A stretch of DNA of 35,685 nt from Candidatus Fervidifonticultor sextus (GTDB taxonomy: Bacteria; Sysuimicrobiota; Sysuimicrobiia; Sysuimicrobiales; Humicultoraceae). The DNA is taken from positions 127,616 to 163,300 of the forward strand of contig JAVKHQ010000002.1 in the NCBI GenBank assembly GCA_031459875.1. Reading direction: 5' to 3'. The notes beneath the pieces were generated by a model. The model had not been told where the DNA came from. It searched no databases and saw nothing but the letters and a program-made list of their open reading frames with translations. Below, in pieces: positions 19,095 through 27,842 of the stretch; positions within the stretch are counted from its first letter, which is position 1; each line of letters opens with the position of its first letter. Both the position numbers and the translations under genes were made by a program.

Positions 19095-19784
19095 TCAGGA
19101 TCCTACCAGCCACCCCCGCTGCGCGAGGAACGTGCGGACGGCGGCGACCAGCGCGGCGTGCACCTCGTCCCGCGGGAGTCCCCCGTCGAAGACGAGAACG
19201 CGCGATGGCTCTTCGCGCGCCAGTTGGAGGAATCCTGCGCGCACCCGCTGGTGGAACGCCAGATCCTCCTGTTCCAGCCGGTCGCCGCGGCCGGCGGGAG
19301 CGTCCTTGCCGCCGGCCTGCCGCGCCCGGGCCAGGCCCGCCGCCGGGTCGATGTCGAGCAGCAGGGTGAGATCGGGACGCAGCCCCCGGGTGGCGACCTC
19401 GTTCACCCGACGCACGACCTCCACCGGCAGCCCGCGGCCGTAGGCCTGGTAGGCGATCGACGCGTCGGCGAACCGCTCGGAGAGCACGCAGATCCCGGCC
19501 TCCAGGTTGGGGAGCACCACCTCCGCCACGTACTGCGCCCGGCTGGCGGCAAACAGCAGCATCTCGGCCTCGGCGGACATCCCCCGGAAGCGCTCGTCCA
19601 GCAGGATGGCCCGGATGGCCTCGCCGACCGGCGTGCCGCCCGGCTCGCGCGCCAGCACCAGCGGGATGGCACCTTTGAAGGTTTCGTACAGCCGGCGGGC
19701 GTGGGTGGTCTTGCCGGCGCCCTCCGGCCCCTCGACGGTCACGAACAGGCCGCGCCGTGGCTGCGTGGGAGAGGAGGCCGTCAT
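19095..19784 (-). CDS. tmk: Thymidylate kinase
   Basis: EGPEGAGKTT, REPGGT, LLFAASRAQ, RFADASIAYQ, PDLTLLLD, DRLEQE. Confidence 0.95.
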   Translation of the reverse strand: MTASSPTQPRRGLFVTVEGPEGAGKTTHARRLYETFKGAIPLVLAREPGGTPVGEAIRAILLDERFRGMSAEAEMLLFAASRAQYVAEVVLPNLEAGICVLSERFADASIAYQAYGRGLPVEVVRRVNEVATRGLRPDLTLLLDIDPAAGLARARQAGGKDAPAGRGDRLEQEDLAFHQRVRAGFLQLAREEPSRVLVFDGGLPRDEVHAALVAAVRTFLAQRGWLVGS

Positions 19785-19794
19785 GGACGCCTGA

Positions 19795-21339
19795 CTACTT
19801 GGGGTAGATGACGACGCGGCGGAACGGTTCTTCGCCCTTGCTCTCCGAGACGAGGCCGTACCGCTGGACGAGCTGGTGCTGCAGGCGGCGGATGTACGCG
19901 TTCTGGGGTTCGAGTTCGACCGCCCGCGCGGAGGCGAAGACCTGGGCGATGGCGCGCTCGACCTCGGCGAGCGCCTCCTGGTGTTCCTCGGCCTCATCCT
20001 CGACGTCGAAGATCTCGCGGAGGAACTGCTGGATCTGGGTGACGGTGTTGCTGCGAAGCACGTGCACCGGCACCCCCCGGGCGGCGGCGTCCTTGAGGCG
20101 CGCGGGCTGGCGCCGTTCCTGGGATTTCACCGTGAGGACCAGGTCGGCTTCCGCGGCCGAGTCCACGATATAGGCCGGGACGTGCAGTTCCCGGATGGCG
20201 CGTTCCAGGCGGTTCCGGCTGACGGCATACGGGTAGATGCGCACGATCCCCCGTCCGGGCCGGTCGCGGGTGGCCGGCGCCTCGGCGGCAAACGGCCCCT
20301 CCGGCGCCCAGGACCGGACCGCCGCCGGCCGGGGAGCGGAGATCTCCACCTGACCGCCCTCGGTGCGGACCCGCAGTTCGGGCCGGGGCGCGACGCCGCG
20401 CAGGTAGCGGTCCACGACCGCGGCCACATCGTGGTGGACGGCGAGCCGGTCCTTGTCCTGGATCTCGATGATGACGTCAAAGGTGGGCGGGGCCTTGCGC
20501 TCCAGCACCGTCTTCTGGGTGCCGCGCCGGCGGGCCTCCTCGTCTGAGAGCGTCACGGCCTGAATGCCGCCCACGAGGTCGGACAGGGTCGGGTTCTGGA
20601 GCAGGTTGTCCAGCGTGTTGCCGTGGGCCGTGGCGATCAACTGCACGCCGCGCTCGGCGATGGTGCGGGCCGCGGCGGCCTCGGCCTCGGTCCCGATCTC
20701 GTCGATGACGATGACCTCGGGCATATGGTTCTCGACGGCCTCGATCATCACCGCGTGCTGCAGGGTGGGGACCGGCACCTGCATGCGGCGGGCCGCCCCG
20801 ATCCCGGGGTGCGGGATGTCGCCGTCGCCGGCGATCTCGTTGGAGGTGTCCACCACGATGACGCGCTTGCGCAGCTCGTCGGCCAGGACCCGCGCCGCCT
20901 CGCGCAGCAGGGTCGTCTTGCCCACGCCGGGCCGGCCCAGCAGCAGGATCGAGCGTCCGGACTCGATGACGTCCCGGACAATGTCCACCGTGCCGATGAC
21001 GGCCCGGCCCACCCGGCAGGTGAGCCCGATGATCTCGCCCTCGCGGTTGCGGATGGCGCTGATCCGGTGCAGGGTCCGTTCGATGCCCGCGCGGTTGTCC
21101 TTCCCGAAGGTGCCCACCCGCTCGGTGATGTACCTCAGCGTCTCCCGGTCGACGAAGGCGTCGTCCAGCACGAACGTCTCGCCGGGGAAGCGCGCCTCGG
21201 GCTTGCGCCCCAGGTCGAGCACCACCTCCAGGAGCTGGTCGAGGTCAGGGCGCCGCTCCAGGGCGGCGCGCAGGTGCGGCGGCAGGACGTCGAGCAGGAG
21301 GTCCAGGTTGTCCGTGATCTGGGCCTGGCGGGCGGGCAC
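19795..21339 (-). CDS. Ycf45/SpoIIIAA-like AAA ATPase with C-terminal R3H domain
   Basis: [58 protein letters not shown]3H motif YIRRLQHQL...[11 protein letters not shown] after GGAGGGAG. Confidence 0.9.
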   Translation of the reverse strand: MPARQAQITDNLDLLLDVLPPHLRAALERRPDLDQLLEVVLDLGRKPEARFPGETFVLDDAFVDRETLRYITERVGTFGKDNRAGIERTLHRISAIRNREGEIIGLTCRVGRAVIGTVDIVRDVIESGRSILLLGRPGVGKTTLLREAARVLADELRKRVIVVDTSNEIAGDGDIPHPGIGAARRMQVPVPTLQHAVMIEAVENHMPEVIVIDEIGTEAEAAAARTIAERGVQLIATAHGNTLDNLLQNPTLSDLVGGIQAVTLSDEEARRRGTQKTVLERKAPPTFDVIIEIQDKDRLAVHHDVAAVVDRYLRGVAPRPELRVRTEGGQVEISAPRPAAVRSWAPEGPFAAEAPATRDRPGRGIVRIYPYAVSRNRLERAIRELHVPAYIVDSAAEADLVLTVKSQERRQPARLKDAAARGVPVHVLRSNTVTQIQQFLREIFDVEDEAEEHQEALAEVERAIAQVFASARAVELEPQNAYIRRLQHQLVQRYGLVSESKGEEPFRRVVIYPK

Positions 21340-21368
21340 AGCGACTCCCTCCCGGGCAGGATGCGGTG

Positions 21369-21401
21369 AAAATACAGCGGGGAACCCCTGGGTTCCCCCG
21401 C
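21369..21401 (-). terminator. Terminator-like hairpin in the 5' leader of the ycf45-like operon
   Basis: Minus strand GCGGGGGAACCC-AG-GGGTTCCCCGC followed by TGTATTTT, about 30 nt before the start codon. Confidence 0.55.
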
Positions 21402-21509
21402 GTCGTGATGGCTCTGTGGGATTCAACGGTCTGACGAGCGCGCGATGACTCAAACGCACCTCAGGCGACGACGCCGCACGTCCAATGGCGTTGCTGCACG
21501 TCCACTGGC

Positions 21510-21538
21510 ATTATAGGGGCCGACGGCGACCGGCGCAA
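21510..21538 (-). promoter_or_regulatory. Sigma70-type promoter for the ycf45-like/tmk/darA/holB operon
   Basis: TTGCGC (21538-21533), 17-bp spacer, TATAAT (21515-21510) on the minus strand. Confidence 0.7.
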
Positions 21539-21627
21539 CACGACCCCGGACGGCGTCGGACGGCGTGGTCGGATCAGCCGATGAAGAGGTGGAGCGTTGC
21601 GGGCCAGCGCGGAGGCACCCCGGCGGA

Positions 21628-21636
21628 TGCTACAAT
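21628..21636 (+). promoter_or_regulatory. Extended -10 element upstream of the acyl-CoA dehydrogenase region
   Basis: TGCTACAAT (TGn-TAnnnT) in otherwise GC-rich intergenic DNA. Confidence 0.5.
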
Positions 21637-21798
21637 CGGAGGGCCCCGGACGAGGAGGTGTCCCGTGGCCATCACCCTCAGGCGTGCGTCTCCACGCCTT
21701 CCCACGCCGCCGGCTCCCTGCCTGGCTCGTCGAACTCAGCCTCGCGGCGGTGCGGATCGATCCTGGACCTGAGGCCGATCTTCGCAGAGGAGGGAACC

Positions 21799-23340
21799 AT
21801 GCGCCCCGATCCCGATGGGATCACGTCGCCAACGGCGTTCCTTCGCGCCATGCTCGGCGAGGTGCCCCTCTGGGACGAACTGCGGGCGTACGAGGCCTGG
21901 TGGGAAGCGGAAGGTCAGGCGACGTCGGACGCCATCGACCGGGCCGGCACGCCGGCGCTGCGCCTATTCGACAGGCTGGGCCGCCGGATCGACGAGGTCG
22001 TCTATCCACCCGCCTACTGGCAGTTGCTCCGCCGCGGCTACCGCGCCGGTGCGGTCTGGCGCGCGTTCGAGGGGTCGCTGGTCCCGGCGTATCTGATCGG
22101 CTACGTGACGGGCTTCTACGACCCCGGGGTGTACTGCCCCTATACCGTCTCGCTGGCTACTGCGGTGGCGCTCCACAAGTACGGCACCCCCGTCCTCAAG
22201 ACAGCCTTCCTCGAACCGTTGCTGCGCAGGGACGAGACCGTCTGGCAGGGTGCAACCTGGATGACGGAGGCCGCGGGGGGATCGGACCTCGGAGCCGCAG
22301 TCGAGACAGTAGCGGTGCCGGACGGCGGCCGGTGGCGGGTGCGGGGCGAAAAGTACTTCGCCAGCAACGCGGGCGCCGAGGTGGCGCTGGTGGCGGCGCG
22401 TCCGCAGGGGGCGCCCGCCGGCGTGCGCGGGCTGGCCCTGTTTCTGCTGCCCCGGCGCCGAGACGACGGCACGCTCAACTACCACATCCGCCGGCTCAAA
22501 GACAAGATCGGCACCCGTCTGGTGCCCACGGGAGAGGTGGAGCTCCACGACAGCGAGGCCCATCTGTTGGGAACCACAGAGCAGGGGATCTACCTGATCC
22601 TCGAGGTGCTGAACATCTCGCGGGTGGCCAACAGCGTCGGCAGCGCCGCCCTGGCCCAGCGAGCGCTGGCGGAAGCGTATCGGTTCGGGCGGCAGCGGAC
22701 GGCGTTTGGCAGGCCGATTTTGGACCAGCCGCTGCTCCGCGCTCAGTTCGATCGGCACGTGGACCGCGTGCAGCGGGCCTTCGCGCTGGCGTGGGAGGCC
22801 GTCGCGCACCTCGATGCCACCTGGCAGCAGACGCCCAGGTATTCAGGCGGGTACCACCTGTTCCGCCTCCTCGCGCACCTGGCCAAGTACTGGTCCGCCG
22901 ACGTCGCCGTCCAGACCGCCACGTGGAGCATGATCGCCCACGGAGGAGCCGGGGTGCTGGCCGACTACCCGGTCGAGCGGTTGCTGCGCGAGGCCATGAT
23001 CCTGCCCATCTGGGAGGGCACCCCTCAACGCCAGATCCTGGACGGCCTTGAGGTCATGGATCGCCGGGAGGCCCACCACCTGTTGTTCCGGTATCTGGCC
23101 GACGATGCCGATCCCCGGGTCCGGGCAGAGCTGCAGGCCCGCACCGAAGCGCACCTCGCGCTCGACCAGGCGGACAAAGAGGCTCGGGCAGACGACCTGT
23201 TCACCGCGCTGGCTGAGGCCACGGCCGACGCGGCACTGCGGCGCCTGACGCGTGTCAGGATGACCTCGTCTCGGCCTCCAGCGCCAGATGGCGCCCCAGG
23301 ATCTCGCGATCGGCCCGCAGGGCATCGGGCGTCCCGGTGA
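21799..23340 (+). CDS. Acyl-CoA dehydrogenase, AidB-like subfamily
   Basis: GATWMTEAAGGSD, GEKYFASN, IRRLKDKIGTRLVPTGEVE, ERLLREAMILPIWEGT; ATG after GAGGAGG. Confidence 0.88.
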   Translation: MRPDPDGITSPTAFLRAMLGEVPLWDELRAYEAWWEAEGQATSDAIDRAGTPALRLFDRLGRRIDEVVYPPAYWQLLRRGYRAGAVWRAFEGSLVPAYLIGYVTGFYDPGVYCPYTVSLATAVALHKYGTPVLKTAFLEPLLRRDETVWQGATWMTEAAGGSDLGAAVETVAVPDGGRWRVRGEKYFASNAGAEVALVAARPQGAPAGVRGLALFLLPRRRDDGTLNYHIRRLKDKIGTRLVPTGEVELHDSEAHLLGTTEQGIYLILEVLNISRVANSVGSAALAQRALAEAYRFGRQRTAFGRPILDQPLLRAQFDRHVDRVQRAFALAWEAVAHLDATWQQTPRYSGGYHLFRLLAHLAKYWSADVAVQTATWSMIAHGGAGVLADYPVERLLREAMILPIWEGTPQRQILDGLEVMDRREAHHLLFRYLADDADPRVRAELQARTEAHLALDQADKEARADDLFTALAEATADAALRRLTRVRMTSSRPPAPDGAPGSRDRPAGHRASR

Positions 23341-23381
23341 ATACCACCTGCCCCTTGCTGAGCGGGTAGTCGAGATCGCCG

Positions 23382-24635
23382 TCAGAAGAGGGTCGTCTGG
23401 GCCGGTTCGGGCTCGCGGGGCGCAGCGCCGGCCTCCACGCCGTCCTTGAAGATGCTGATCTCGCCGAAGACGCCGTCGTAGCCGGGGGCGATGCTCACCC
23501 GGCCCTCCCGCACCCGGCGCAGCCCCTCGGCCACCCGCGCCGAACTGTGTCTGGCCACCTCGTCAATGGGTGCATCCAGCAGCACGGCGAACTCGCCGCC
23601 GAAGGTCCGGCAGAGATTGACGTATTCCTCGCGCACCCCGGTGGTGCCAGGCTGCGACCCGCGGGCCTCGGCGATGATCTCCTCCAGCGGGATCAGGTTC
23701 CGGTACGGCACTGCCCCCTCGGGGACGAAGCCCTCCTCGCGGTCGGCCAGGGTCTCCACCCGGTGCAGCACGCCCACCGTCGGCGGTTTCCCGCAGACCG
23801 GGCACCGGCCGCCGGCGGCCTTGGTCTCCTTGGGCGTCATGCGCCGGTTGCAGGCGCGGTGGCCGTCGTAGTGGTACTTGCCTTCCTCTGGGAAGAACTC
23901 GATCGTGTAGAGGAAGCGGGCGGTGTCCTTCTCGCGCAGGACCCGCATGATCTCGAAGTAGTCCAGTTCGCAGGCGAAGACGTTGGCCTCGCGCCCGAGC
24001 TTGGCGGGCGAGTGCGCGTCCGAGTTGCTCACCAGCACGACCCGGTCAAGTTCTGAGAGGCGCCAGTTCATCGGCGGATCGCTGGACAGCCCGGTCTCCA
24101 CCGCCGCGATGTGTTTGACCTGGTCGCCGAAGCACTCGGCGATGGTGTCGAACCCGGACATGCTACCGTAGAGCGAGAACCACGGGGTCCAGGCGTGCGC
24201 GGGGATGACCATGCAGTCGGGCGAGATCTCCATCACGTACTCGACCAGGCGGTCGCTCGGCAGGGCCAGCGTCGGCCGGCCGTCGGCCAGCAGGTTGCCG
24301 AACCGGCCCAGGACCGCGTTGATCCTGTCCGCCACCTCGAAGGACGGTGCGCAGACGATGTGGTGGATCTTGCGCAGCCGCCCCCGCACCGTGTAGATGC
24401 AGGAGACCTCCACCGTGAGCATGAAGTGGGTGCCGTCGTGCACGTAGAGGCCCCGGTCGGTGGGCCGCAGCTTGGCGCGCAGTTCCCGCAGCCAGACCGG
24501 GTGGGTGAAGTCCCCGGTCCCCAGCAGGGCGATGCCCTTGATCTTCGCCCAGCGGGCCATGTTCTCGACATCCATGTCCCGGCTGGTGGCCCGGCTGTAC
24601 CGGGAGTGCAGGTGCAGGTCCGCGATGATCCGCAT
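23382..24635 (-). CDS. Endonuclease Q family protein (PHP domain plus zinc-binding domain)
   Basis: ADLHLHSRYSRATS, GTGDFTHP, IPAHAWTPWFS, ETGLSSD, SNSDAHS, GKYHYDGHRAC, CPVCG, GVLHRV, PGYDG. Confidence 0.9.
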   Translation of the reverse strand: MRIIADLHLHSRYSRATSRDMDVENMARWAKIKGIALLGTGDFTHPVWLRELRAKLRPTDRGLYVHDGTHFMLTVEVSCIYTVRGRLRKIHHIVCAPSFEVADRINAVLGRFGNLLADGRPTLALPSDRLVEYVMEISPDCMVIPAHAWTPWFSLYGSMSGFDTIAECFGDQVKHIAAVETGLSSDPPMNWRLSELDRVVLVSNSDAHSPAKLGREANVFACELDYFEIMRVLREKDTARFLYTIEFFPEEGKYHYDGHRACNRRMTPKETKAAGGRCPVCGKPPTVGVLHRVETLADREEGFVPEGAVPYRNLIPLEEIIAEARGSQPGTTGVREEYVNLCRTFGGEFAVLLDAPIDEVARHSSARVAEGLRRVREGRVSIAPGYDGVFGEISIFKDGVEAGAAPREPEPAQTTLF

Positions 24636-24660
24636 CAGGGCCGCTCCAGGGCCTATGGCT

Positions 24661-25983
24661 CTACATCTTGTGGTCTTTTCCAGGCTTGACCACAGTATAT
24701 AGCGGCGCGGCCGTCTTCGCAACCGGGGAGCCGCCGTCGGTCCACAACGCGAGCAGGGCGGCGGCCAGGGTTGCGGCCACCGTCGGGGCCAGGCGCAGGT
24801 CCCGGAGGCCCGCCCGGAGCGCGGCGGCCAGAACCGGCCGGGCCAGGCGCGACTGGTACTGGGTGTCCCCGTGGTCTTCCACCGCCCGGCGCAGGCCTTC
24901 GTCGGTCGCCAGCGCGCGGATGATTGCGTTGACGTGCCGGTCGGAGAGGCGGTTGAGGGCCTGGCGAATGACCGAGGTGAAGCGTACCTCGCGCCCGAAG
25001 GCCGCGGTCCACTCCGCTTCGTAGGCCTGCAGCGCCGCTCTTGCAGCCGGCCCTCCGCCCAGATACCGGGCCGCCGCGCGGCCGGCGATCTCGCCGGCGA
25101 CCATCGAGAAGTAGATGCCCCCCCCGCTGGTGGCCTTCACCTGGCCGGCGGCGTCGCCGACGACCAGCATGCCGTCGGTGAAGGTAGGACGGCGCAGGCC
25201 CAGGATCGGGATGCGACCGGCCAACTTCCGGACGACGCGGGCCCGCCGCATCCGCGGCGCCACCACGGGGTGCCGGGCCATGAGGTGCTCCAGGTAGTAC
25301 AGCGGGGGCCGGTCGGCCAGGCGCGGGTCCACCGCCAGGCCCAGGCGGGCGCAGCCTCCCCCGATCGGCATCATCCAGGCGAAGAACCCCGGCGCCACGT
25401 CGCGGCCGAAGTAGAGGTCCGGGGCGTCGTCGGCGTCCAGGACGGCGCCCTCGACTTCGTACTGCAGGCCGTGGACCATGGTGCGCCGGGGCCGGATGCC
25501 CAACTGAGGCGGCAGCACGGGGTTGGCACCTTCGGCGTCGATGACCAGCGGGGCCTCGATCGCCATGCGGCTCCCCCGGCGCTCGACCTCGACGCGCAGC
25601 GTCCCGCGCTGGCCCCCTCGGGTCACCAGGCGCGCCCGGGCCCCGGTAAGAATTTCGGCCCCCGAGGCGGATGCGCGATCGGCGAGGAAGCGGTCGAACG
25701 GGTCGCGGTCGACCACGTAGGAGTCGACGGACGGCCGGCGGACCCGTGCCACCGTGCCGTCGGGCGCGTAGAGGGCCGCGGCGCGCAGCGCGGTCTGGAC
25801 CAACGAGTGCGGCAGGTTGAAGCGGTCGAAGGCGTGCACCGAGAGCTTGCCGGTGCAGTGCGTGGGGCAGCCGACCTCCGGGTGCTCCTCGAGCACGATG
25901 GTGCGCAGGCCGAGCCGCGCGCAGGTCTGGGCCGCCGTCGTACCGGCCGGGCCGGCGCCGACGACGAGGACATCACAGGTCAC
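24661..25983 (-). CDS. Geranylgeranyl reductase-family FAD-dependent oxidoreductase
   Basis: DVLVVGAGPAG, PTHCTG, VVDRDPFDRFLA, PGFFAWMMP, VVGDAAGQVKATSGGGIY. Confidence 0.88.
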   Translation of the reverse strand: MTCDVLVVGAGPAGTTAAQTCARLGLRTIVLEEHPEVGCPTHCTGKLSVHAFDRFNLPHSLVQTALRAAALYAPDGTVARVRRPSVDSYVVDRDPFDRFLADRASASGAEILTGARARLVTRGGQRGTLRVEVERRGSRMAIEAPLVIDAEGANPVLPPQLGIRPRRTMVHGLQYEVEGAVLDADDAPDLYFGRDVAPGFFAWMMPIGGGCARLGLAVDPRLADRPPLYYLEHLMARHPVVAPRMRRARVVRKLAGRIPILGLRRPTFTDGMLVVGDAAGQVKATSGGGIYFSMVAGEIAGRAAARYLGGGPAARAALQAYEAEWTAAFGREVRFTSVIRQALNRLSDRHVNAIIRALATDEGLRRAVEDHGDTQYQSRLARPVLAAALRAGLRDLRLAPTVAATLAAALLALWTDGGSPVAKTAAPLYTVVKPGKDHKM

Positions 25984-26080
25984 ACACCGCTCCTCGATCG
26001 GGGTGCAGGTAAGTTCCTGGCTGGCCTGCTGGCGACCCTACTATACCAGACGGCGGCGCACACGAGGCGGCGGAGTGGGG

Positions 26081-26110
26081 CACAGCAGCGTCGAGGCCTG
26101 CGCTGCTGTG
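26081..26110. terminator. Stem-loop downstream of the AAA_14/DUF4143 pseudogene
   Basis: CACAGCAGCG-N10-CGCTGCTGTG perfect 10-bp stem; no U-tract. Confidence 0.5.
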
Positions 26111-26119
26111 GAGGCGGCG

Positions 26120-27195
26120 TCAGCATACCATCCACCAGGCCACGGCGAGGACGTCATCGGTCAGCCACTCGACGCGGCTCGCCGTGTGGAGGAGTACGCC
26201 CGCGCGCGCGGTCCGACCGTACTCCCGCCTGAAGGCCCGGACTCCCGCCGCGTCGGCCACCCTCGGCTGCGATGTCGCTTTGACCTCGACGGGAAGCAAC
26301 TTCTCGCCGGTCTCCACCACGAAGTCGACCTCCTCCCCTGTTGTCGTCCGCCAGTAGAGGATCTCCGCCCGATCGGCACGCGCGTCCCGCCATGCCAGGA
26401 GGTCCAGAAGGATCAGGTTCTCCAGGTGCGCCCCCTGGGCTCAGCTTCGCCCGATAGGTGCAGCGCGAGCCCGACGTCGCTCCAGTACGCCTTTGGACGC
26501 TTCAGCAGGCGTTTGGTGCGGCGAACGGCGTAGGCGGCAACCCGGACGAGCAGAAAGGACACCTCCAACAGGTTCAGTACCGGTGGGCCGTGGGCTGGGG
26601 GAGGGCGACGTCGCGGGACAGTTCGGTCTGGTTCAAGACCTGACCCAGCCGCAGGCAGGTGGCCCGCATCAGTCGCCGCAAATCCGGGAGCGCCGAGATG
26701 GAGGAGAGGGTCTGGAGGTCCCTTTCCAGGTAGGTCCGCACGTATCCCTCGAACCAGGTGCTGCGCTCCGCCGCCCGCTGCATCTGCACCGCGGGCACCG
26801 GAACCCCCGCGGCGCGCCACGTCCTTCTAATCCTCGGGAGCCATCCCGACGTCACGGAGCCGGTCCGCCCACCCGCGCTCGGGAGTCGCCGCCAGTTCCT
26901 CCCATAACCCGCAGCGGCCCAGCCCCAGCTGCTCCCTGCGCGTCATCGGCCAGAGCACGAGATAACTGGCGCGTCCGGCCAAGGACTCGGAGACCCGACG
27001 CATGAGCAACAGGTTCGCCGAACCCGTGAGCAGGAATCGGCCAGGCTGGCGGCGCCGGTCGATTGCGCGCTTGACGGCCCGCAGGAGGTCGGGCTCCGGC
27101 TGGACCTCGTCCAGCGTGACGGGCGTCTGCCCTCCACCAGGCTGTCAGGGTCCCGCCGCGCCAGGTCAGCCACCTCCAGGTCGTCCAGGGGGTAA
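26120..27195 (-). pseudogene. Decayed AAA_14 plus DUF4143 ATP-binding protein
   Basis: Collinear fragments in different frames: LDD...A..DP, VTLDEVQ, FLLTGSANL, ESLAGR, YVRTYLERDL, KRLLKRPKAYWSDVGLA, PVEVKA; Walker A region missing. Confidence 0.85.
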
Positions 27196-27293
27196 ATGTC
27201 AACCTCGTGTCCGCCCCAGCCCATGCCCCTGCCCGGTAGACGACGTGATCGGCCAGATGCATGGCGGCCGCGGAAACTGCTACACTCATAACT

Positions 27294-27839
27294 ATGCCAA
27301 CCGGTGTGCCGACCCGACACCGCCCCGCCGGGCTGCGCCAGAACCGGCCGCCCTCGGCCGGCTCCCCCCTGGCGCTGGTCGCCAGCATGCTGGCCGCCGC
27401 CATGCTGGCTGTCACCGCCGCGGGCCCGGCGCCGGCCGCCGTCCGGTACGAGCGCGGAGTGTTGCACATCGTCCAGGGATCCCGGCGGGTGACCATCCAG
27501 GTCGAAATCGCCCGCACCCCCGAGGCCCGCGCCCAGGGACTGATGTCCCGGACCGCTCTGCCGGAAGACGCCGGAATGCTCTTCGTCTTCGAGCAGGACG
27601 GCCGGTGGGGGTTCTGGATGAAGAATACCCTCATCCCGCTGTCCATCGGGTTCATCGACAGCCGCTGGCGGCTGCTGGAGATCCTGGACATGGACGTGGC
27701 GCCCGATCCCGTCCAGGGGCCGTTTGCGATCTACGAACCCGCCCAGGCCTACCGCTACGCGCTCGAGGTCAACCAGGGGTTCTTCCGCCGCAAGGGGATC
27801 ACCCCCGGGGCCCGCCTCGAACTCGTCGTCACCAAGTAG
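27294..27839 (+). CDS. DUF192-family exported protein
   Basis: VEIARTPEARAQGLM, GMLFVF, FWMKNTLIPLSIGFID, YALEVNQG; hydrophobic signal segment; start uncertain. Confidence 0.9.
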   Translation: MPTGVPTRHRPAGLRQNRPPSAGSPLALVASMLAAAMLAVTAAGPAPAAVRYERGVLHIVQGSRRVTIQVEIARTPEARAQGLMSRTALPEDAGMLFVFEQDGRWGFWMKNTLIPLSIGFIDSRWRLLEILDMDVAPDPVQGPFAIYEPAQAYRYALEVNQGFFRRKGITPGARLELVVTK

Positions 27840-27842
27840 CCT

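Noticed and set aside
19795..21339. Sporulation gene spoIIIAA
   Set aside because: No spoIIIAB-AH genes follow, and the R3H extension fits the Ycf45-like group
21377..21430. c-di-AMP (ydaO) riboswitch upstream of the darA operon
   Set aside because: Only UGAAUCC...GGGGAACC...GGGGU resembles the 5' half; the conserved 3' half (CCCG...CAGCUAAC) is not present downstream
21352..21465. 6S RNA or TPP riboswitch
   Set aside because: Closing stem spans only about 110 nt and the TPP 3' core (CCUGAU...UAAU...GCG.AGG) is absent
21473..21509. ANTAR twin-hairpin target or mini-CRISPR
   Set aside because: The two repeats do not form short stems with hexaloops; there are only two units with a 3-nt spacer and no cas genes
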